64,000 bases of DNA, taken from assembly GCA_965220745.1 (NCBI GenBank), contig CBDCQT010000012.1, positions 352,001-416,000 of the forward strand, in the 5' to 3' direction. Made by a program: the position numbers and the translations under genes. Of this stretch, positions 59,613-64,000 are shown piece by piece; within the stretch, counting starts at the first letter, position 1; each line of letters opens with the position of its first letter. The notes below the pieces were generated by a model. It worked only from the letters and a program-made list of their open reading frames with translations, ran no database searches and was not told the DNA's origin. This stretch comes from Alphaproteobacteria bacterium (lineage in GTDB: Bacteria; Pseudomonadota; Alphaproteobacteria; UBA828).

Positions 59613-59660
59613 TCAACGACATATAGCTCATCAAGGCGACAGTACCGCAACTTATGGTAT
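59613..59660. promoter_or_regulatory. Tandem NrdR boxes
   Basis: CGACATATAG (59617) and CAACTTATGG (59648) resemble CwAtATaTwG, 31 bp apart, upstream of nrdJ. Confidence 0.65.
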
Positions 59661-59757
59661 GAAATGCCAAGTGTCGTGGGTCTGTCAACAATAATTTTGT
59701 TACGACTGGCTGGGCCATTTTTCGCGCTCAGCGCTTCGAACTGCCGGTCGACGCGCC

Positions 59758-61029
59758 TCACGCTGACTCTCCAATTCGCAGGCTGACCTCGAAGCAGGCG
59801 CCGCCGCCTTCGCGCGCGAGGCAGCGCGCTTCGCCGCCGTGGCGGCGGGCTATCTGGCGCACCAGGCTGAGCCCGAGTCCGACACCCCGGTCGTCGTCCT
59901 CGTCCTCGCGCCGGCCCTCGCGGCGGTAGAAGGGCTCGAAGATGCGCTCGCGTTCGTCTTCCGGCACGCCCGGTCCGCGGTCGAGCACGCGCAGGATGGC
60001 GTGGCCGTCCCGCACCTCCAGCTCGACCAGAGCCGGGCTGCCGGGCGCATGATGCGCGGCATTCTCAAGCAGGTTGCGGATCAGGCGGGCGAGCAGCCGG
60101 CCTTCGCCCGCCACCGTCGCGGGCCCGCCGGCGAAGTCGGCCCCGGCCCGCGCCGCCTCCTCGGCGCAGAGCGCTTGGAGATCGAGTCGCTCCTGATGCG
60201 CGGGCCGCTCCAGGGTGCTGAGGCGGCTCGCCAGCAGGATCTCCTCGATCAGCTCGTCGAGGTCCTCGATGTCGCGCTCGATGCGCGCGCGAAGGGCAGG
60301 GTCGCCGTTCTCCGCCAGCAGCTCCACCGCCATGCGGATGCGGGCGAGGGGCGAGCGCAGCTCGTGGGAGGCGGCGGCGAGGGTATCGCGCTGGGCCTCG
60401 ACGAGGGCCTGGATTCGCTCTGCCGCGCTGTTGAAGCTGCGCGCCAGTGCCGCGATCTCGTCCTTGCCCTCGACATCGACCCGGGCGGCGAGGTCGCCCG
60501 CGCCCAGCGCCTCGACTCGGGCCTGGAGGCGCTCCAGCCGCCGTGCGAGGCGGCGAGCGAGCGGCCAGGCGCCGACGGCGACGGCGAACGCAAGGATGCC
60601 GAGGGCGGCGAGGAAGCCGATCGCCGGGGCGTGAAATACGTCGTCGCGCTTGGGGCGGACCTTGACGAGGCGGCCGTCCGGTAGCGGCAGAGTAAAGGCC
60701 TTGCCCTCCCGCTTGCGCGAGCCGGAAGGCCGTTCCTTTGGCGCTCGCAGGGGCCGGCCCAGGCTGCCGAGCAACTCCCCCTCCGGCCCGAAGACACTGA
60801 TGCGGGCATTGAAGTCTTTGCCCAGCCGGGCGAGGGCGGCATCGGTCTCGGCCCGAGTCGCGTCGGGCGGCGGCAGCAGCTCGACCAGGATCGCGCCGAC
60901 GCTCCGGCGAAATTCCGCGTCCGGGCGCTCCTCGTGGGTCAGCCACCAGCCGAGGACGGCGAGCGCGCCGAAGAGCACGATGATGCCGAGCAGCGTCAGA
61001 TAGACCTGGAGGAAGAGGCGCCGTCTCAA
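59758..61029 (-). CDS. Two-component sensor histidine kinase (HAMP)
   Basis: Two TM segments, SHELRSPL, NLLENA, DRGPG, GLGL. Confidence 0.92.
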   Translation of the reverse strand: MRRRLFLQVYLTLLGIIVLFGALAVLGWWLTHEERPDAEFRRSVGAILVELLPPPDATRAETDAALARLGKDFNARISVFGPEGELLGSLGRPLRAPKERPSGSRKREGKAFTLPLPDGRLVKVRPKRDDVFHAPAIGFLAALGILAFAVAVGAWPLARRLARRLERLQARVEALGAGDLAARVDVEGKDEIAALARSFNSAAERIQALVEAQRDTLAAASHELRSPLARIRMAVELLAENGDPALRARIERDIEDLDELIEEILLASRLSTLERPAHQERLDLQALCAEEAARAGADFAGGPATVAGEGRLLARLIRNLLENAAHHAPGSPALVELEVRDGHAILRVLDRGPGVPEDERERIFEPFYRREGRREDEDDDRGVGLGLSLVRQIARRHGGEARCLAREGGGACFEVSLRIGESA

Positions 61030-61745
61030 GCGTCGTCGTCCTGGCTGCGGGTGAAGAGGTAACCGGCGCCCCGCAGGGTGACGATGCGGCGCGGGTGCTT
61101 GGGGTCGTCCTCGATCGCCGCGCGGATGCGCGAGATATGGACATCGATGCTGCGGTCGAAGGCCTCGAGCGACTCGCCCCGCACCCGGTCCATGAGCTGC
61201 TCGCGGCTGAGCACGCGGCCGGCGCTCTCGGCCAGCGCGCAGAGCAGGTCGAACTGGTGACTGGTGAGCGGCCGTTCCTCGCCGTCGACCAGGACACGCC
61301 GCGCCGCGCGGTCGATGACGAGACGGCCGAAGCGCAGCGTCTCGCCCGACCCGGCCCGGCCGCTGGGGGTGCGGCGGCGCAGGATGGCGCGCAGGCGGGC
61401 CAGCAGCTCGCGCGGGTTGAAGGGCTTGGGCAGGTAGTCGTCGGCGCCGATCTCCAGGCCCACGATGCGGTCCGCCTCCTCGCCCCGCGCCGTCAGCATG
61501 AGGATCGGCACGTCGGAGCGGGCGCGGATCGCCCGGCAGATCTCCAGCCCGTCGCCATCGGGCAGCATCAGGTCGAGCACGACGGCGTCGTAGCCGCCCT
61601 GGAGGGCGGCCGCGAGGCCGGCCTCGGCACCCTCCCGATGATCGAGGGTCATGCCGGCGCGGCCGAGATAGGTGGCGACCATCTCGGCGAGCGCACGGTC
61701 GTCCTCGATCATCAGCAGGCGGGTGGAGGCGCCATGCCCCTTCAT
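61026..61745 (-). CDS. OmpR-family response regulator
   Basis: IEDD, LDLMLP, GADDYLPKPF, DRSIDVHISRIR. Confidence 0.94.
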   Translation of the reverse strand: MKGHGASTRLLMIEDDRALAEMVATYLGRAGMTLDHREGAEAGLAAALQGGYDAVVLDLMLPDGDGLEICRAIRARSDVPILMLTARGEEADRIVGLEIGADDYLPKPFNPRELLARLRAILRRRTPSGRAGSGETLRFGRLVIDRAARRVLVDGEERPLTSHQFDLLCALAESAGRVLSREQLMDRVRGESLEAFDRSIDVHISRIRAAIEDDPKHPRRIVTLRGAGYLFTRSQDDDA

Positions 61746-63325
61746 TGCCGTGCCGTCCCTTCTCCGTGCTCCTCGTACCCATCGGCGAACTGGAGTAGTC
61801 CGGCGAAGAGCGCCTGGTCGTTGACGATTCGGGGCACCTTGTTCTGCCCGCCGAGCTTGCCCCGGCCCTTCATCCACGCGGCGAACCCGCCGGCGGGAAG
61901 AAAGCGCACGCGCGGAGCGTCCATGCCGTAGCCGCCCGCGCGGTGGGTCTCGTAATCGTCGTTGAGGCGGCAGAGCGTCGAGTCGAGCACGGCGGCAAAG
62001 CGCGCCTGCTGCGCGGCGTCGAGGCCCGTTTCCGCGCGTTCTGCCCCCAACTCGACGATGTAGAGGTGCCCACCGCGCGCGCCCGTCTCCTCTGGAAACA
62101 GGCTTCCGGCCGCGAAATCGTTGACGGTCGCGCCGATCGCTCGTGCCGCCTCCGCCACGGCCTGTTCTACTTCGGCGCCGATCACGTGCTCACCGAAGGC
62201 GGAGAGCATGTAGCTCGTCCGTCCGGTGACGAGGACGCGCGGGGGATCGCGCTCGACCACGGTCACCGTGTCGCCGACCAGATAGCGCCAGAGGCCGGCG
62301 CAGGTGGTCACCGCCAGCGCATAGTTGACGCCGGGCTCCACGTCGCCGACCCAGCGGCAATCCGGCTGCGCGCTGTCGAGCTGATCGACGGGAATGAACT
62401 CGTAGAAGATACCGGCGTCGAGCCGCAGCCGGAGGCCCTCGCCGTCTCCGCCGTCGGCGATGGCGAAGAACCCCTCGCTCGCCGGATAGACTTCGCGTGT
62501 CTCCGCGCGGCTGCCTTCGAGCAATGCAGCGAAACGGTCGCGATAGGGGGTCCAGGCGACGCCGCCGTGCGACAGCAGTTCCAGCGCGGGATAGATGTCG
62601 GCGATCCGGCGTGCCACTCCACCCCGGCGGGAGCCGGCCAATTCGATCAGGCGCTCGAAGAAGATCAGCAGCCAGCTTGGCGTGCCGGCGACCGCGCTGA
62701 TCTCCGTATCCAGGGAGCGTTCGGCGAAGCGGCCGATCTTGGCCTGCCAGTCGTCGATGCCTTCGAGATCGCGCGGCGGGAAGTAGCGCAGCCGCGCCCA
62801 GCCGGGCATGGCGGACGCCTCGATCCCGCTGATGTCGCCGCTGAAGACGCCCGGTGCCTGGCGCACCAGGCCGGTCGAGCCGCCGAGCATGAAGACCCGC
62901 CCGGCAAGCACGCGGCTCTGGGGCCGGTTGGCGAGGTGGTGGGTCATCAAGTCGGCGCCCGCGCGCACGTTCGAGCGGTGCATCTCCCGGCTCACGGGAA
63001 TGTACTTCGTGGTGCCAGTCGCGGTGCCCGACGACACGGCGAACCAGGGAATGAGGCCGGGCCAGGTGCAATCGGTAAGGCGAGGGAAGGGCGCCTGCCA
63101 ATAGTCCTGCCAGAAGGCATCGTAGTCGCGGAGCGGCACGCGCGCGCGGTAGTCGTCGAGGGACCAGGCGGGCGAAAACCCGTGGTCCCGGCCGAACCTG
63201 GTGCGGCGGCCGCGGCGGATGAGGGACGCGAGCGTGCGGCGTTGTGTCTGCTGCGGCTCCATCGCCTCAAGCTGTCGCAGGCGCCGCCGGGCACAGAGCC
63301 GCAGCATCCAGGTCGCGTCGTACAT
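61742..63325 (-). CDS. GH3 family acyl-adenylate-forming (acyl-amido synthetase-like) protein
   Basis: SSGTATGTTKYIP, YPASEGFF, FYEFIP, GLWRYLVGD, GGQNKVPR. Confidence 0.88.
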   Translation of the reverse strand: MYDATWMLRLCARRRLRQLEAMEPQQTQRRTLASLIRRGRRTRFGRDHGFSPAWSLDDYRARVPLRDYDAFWQDYWQAPFPRLTDCTWPGLIPWFAVSSGTATGTTKYIPVSREMHRSNVRAGADLMTHHLANRPQSRVLAGRVFMLGGSTGLVRQAPGVFSGDISGIEASAMPGWARLRYFPPRDLEGIDDWQAKIGRFAERSLDTEISAVAGTPSWLLIFFERLIELAGSRRGGVARRIADIYPALELLSHGGVAWTPYRDRFAALLEGSRAETREVYPASEGFFAIADGGDGEGLRLRLDAGIFYEFIPVDQLDSAQPDCRWVGDVEPGVNYALAVTTCAGLWRYLVGDTVTVVERDPPRVLVTGRTSYMLSAFGEHVIGAEVEQAVAEAARAIGATVNDFAAGSLFPEETGARGGHLYIVELGAERAETGLDAAQQARFAAVLDSTLCRLNDDYETHRAGGYGMDAPRVRFLPAGGFAAWMKGRGKLGGQNKVPRIVNDQALFAGLLQFADGYEEHGEGTARQ

Positions 63326-63355
63326 GGTCCCGTTGCCGGCGCGTCCGCCACGTTG

Positions 63356-64000
63356 TCAGTTCGTCAGGGAGAGCACGTGCGGGAAGCTCGCGCGCACCGC
63401 GTCGAGCGTGAGCGGCACGCGCACGTAGTCGCCGCGGCGCCACAGCTCCCACTGATCCAGGATGGTCGTGCTGTTGAACCAGCCGTCCTGCCCGCCCAGC
63501 AACACGAAATAGTTCTCGTCCGGGTCCGTCATATCGGAGATATGCCGTGCGTTGGAGCCATAGTTGACGGTGTGACGCTCGGCGGTGGGATCGTGCGCGG
63601 TCTTCATCAGCGTGGCCGAGCTGCCTCCTACGCCGGCTTCGGCGAACTCGTAGCGGCCGCCGATGAGCGGGACGTAGGAGAGGGGATGCGCGAGGCTGAG
63701 GCGGTGCATTTCGCCCCAGTCTGCGAACGACTCCAGGCCATCGACAGCCGCTTCCAGCCCCGCACCAAGGGCCGCGCGCAGCGTCTTCTCATCGGCGGCG
63801 GCGATCTCCTCGCCCAGCAGCGCTGTGCGACGGTCGACCGAGGCGAATGCCTGCCCGTCGTCCTCTCCATAGAGCAGGGTGTAGAAGCGGCCGGTGAAGC
63901 CGTGGCGGAATTGCTCGAACGTCACCGCCCCGCGCGAGTCGGCCCGGTATTCCCCGTCCCAACTGCGCAGCCGTTCGATTGCCTTCTTGCCCTCGGCGTC
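63356..64000 (-). CDS. Penicillin acylase family (Ntn amidase), C-terminal part
   Basis: WDG, WGEMHRL..HPL, GS..RHI.D, GGQDG, DQ..LW..G.Y; frame continues past the window end. Confidence 0.8.
   Translation of the reverse strand, partial: DAEGKKAIERLRSWDGEYRADSRGAVTFEQFRHGFTGRFYTLLYGEDDGQAFASVDRRTALLGEEIAAADEKTLRAALGAGLEAAVDGLESFADWGEMHRLSLAHPLSYVPLIGGRYEFAEAGVGGSSATLMKTAHDPTAERHTVNYGSNARHISDMTDPDENYFVLLGGQDGWFNSTTILDQWELWRRGDYVRVPLTLDAVRASFPHVLSLTN

Noticed and set aside
55785-59786. 1333-aa plus-strand ORF (also the long ORFs at 4254, 7226, 11047, 22950, 34956)
   Set aside because: Antisense shadows of well-supported genes; expected with high-GC codon bias; no recognisable motifs

Overview
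High-GC bacterial DNA, probably alphaproteobacterial (inferred from ccr, nrdJ type and REP style). About 1-50 kb is a dense catabolic region. (i) A minus-strand operon: hydantoinase/oxoprolinase A/B, SDR, XDH-family Mo enzyme, IclR, a pyruvoyl-type histidine decarboxylase homologue and a PotABCD-like importer. (ii) An isolated ccr next to two abutting CTAG-bounded miniature elements. (iii) A divergent pair of operons. Leftward: deacetylase, split PEP-synthase-like (CreH/CreI or phenylphosphate synthase type) pair, CoxM-G-S-L type Mo hydroxylase, HD protein. Rightward: Lrp, a single-chain triple Rid protein, a NitT/TauT ABC transporter and a toluene-monooxygenase-type diiron enzyme lacking ferredoxin and reductase genes. 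(iv) A complete ureABCEFGD cluster whose UreC keeps all Ni ligands but has a remodelled substrate pocket, followed by a second hydantoinase/oxoprolinase pair. (v) FAD monooxygenase, dihydropyrimidinase and oxidoreductases. After that come a low-GC nuclease-like pseudogene, an IS630 inserted in the left end of an IS1202/ISNCY-type element, HAD and dienelactone hydrolases, nrdJ with NrdR boxes, a two-component system, a GH3-family gene and a partial penicillin acylase. No rRNA, tRNA or CRISPR array was seen. The best candidates for undescribed systems are the urease-fold enzyme with an altered pocket coupled to an ATP-dependent lactamase, and the phosphorylation/Mo-hydroxylase/HD module paired with the orphan diiron monooxygenase. 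All family calls come from motif recognition by eye, not database searches.
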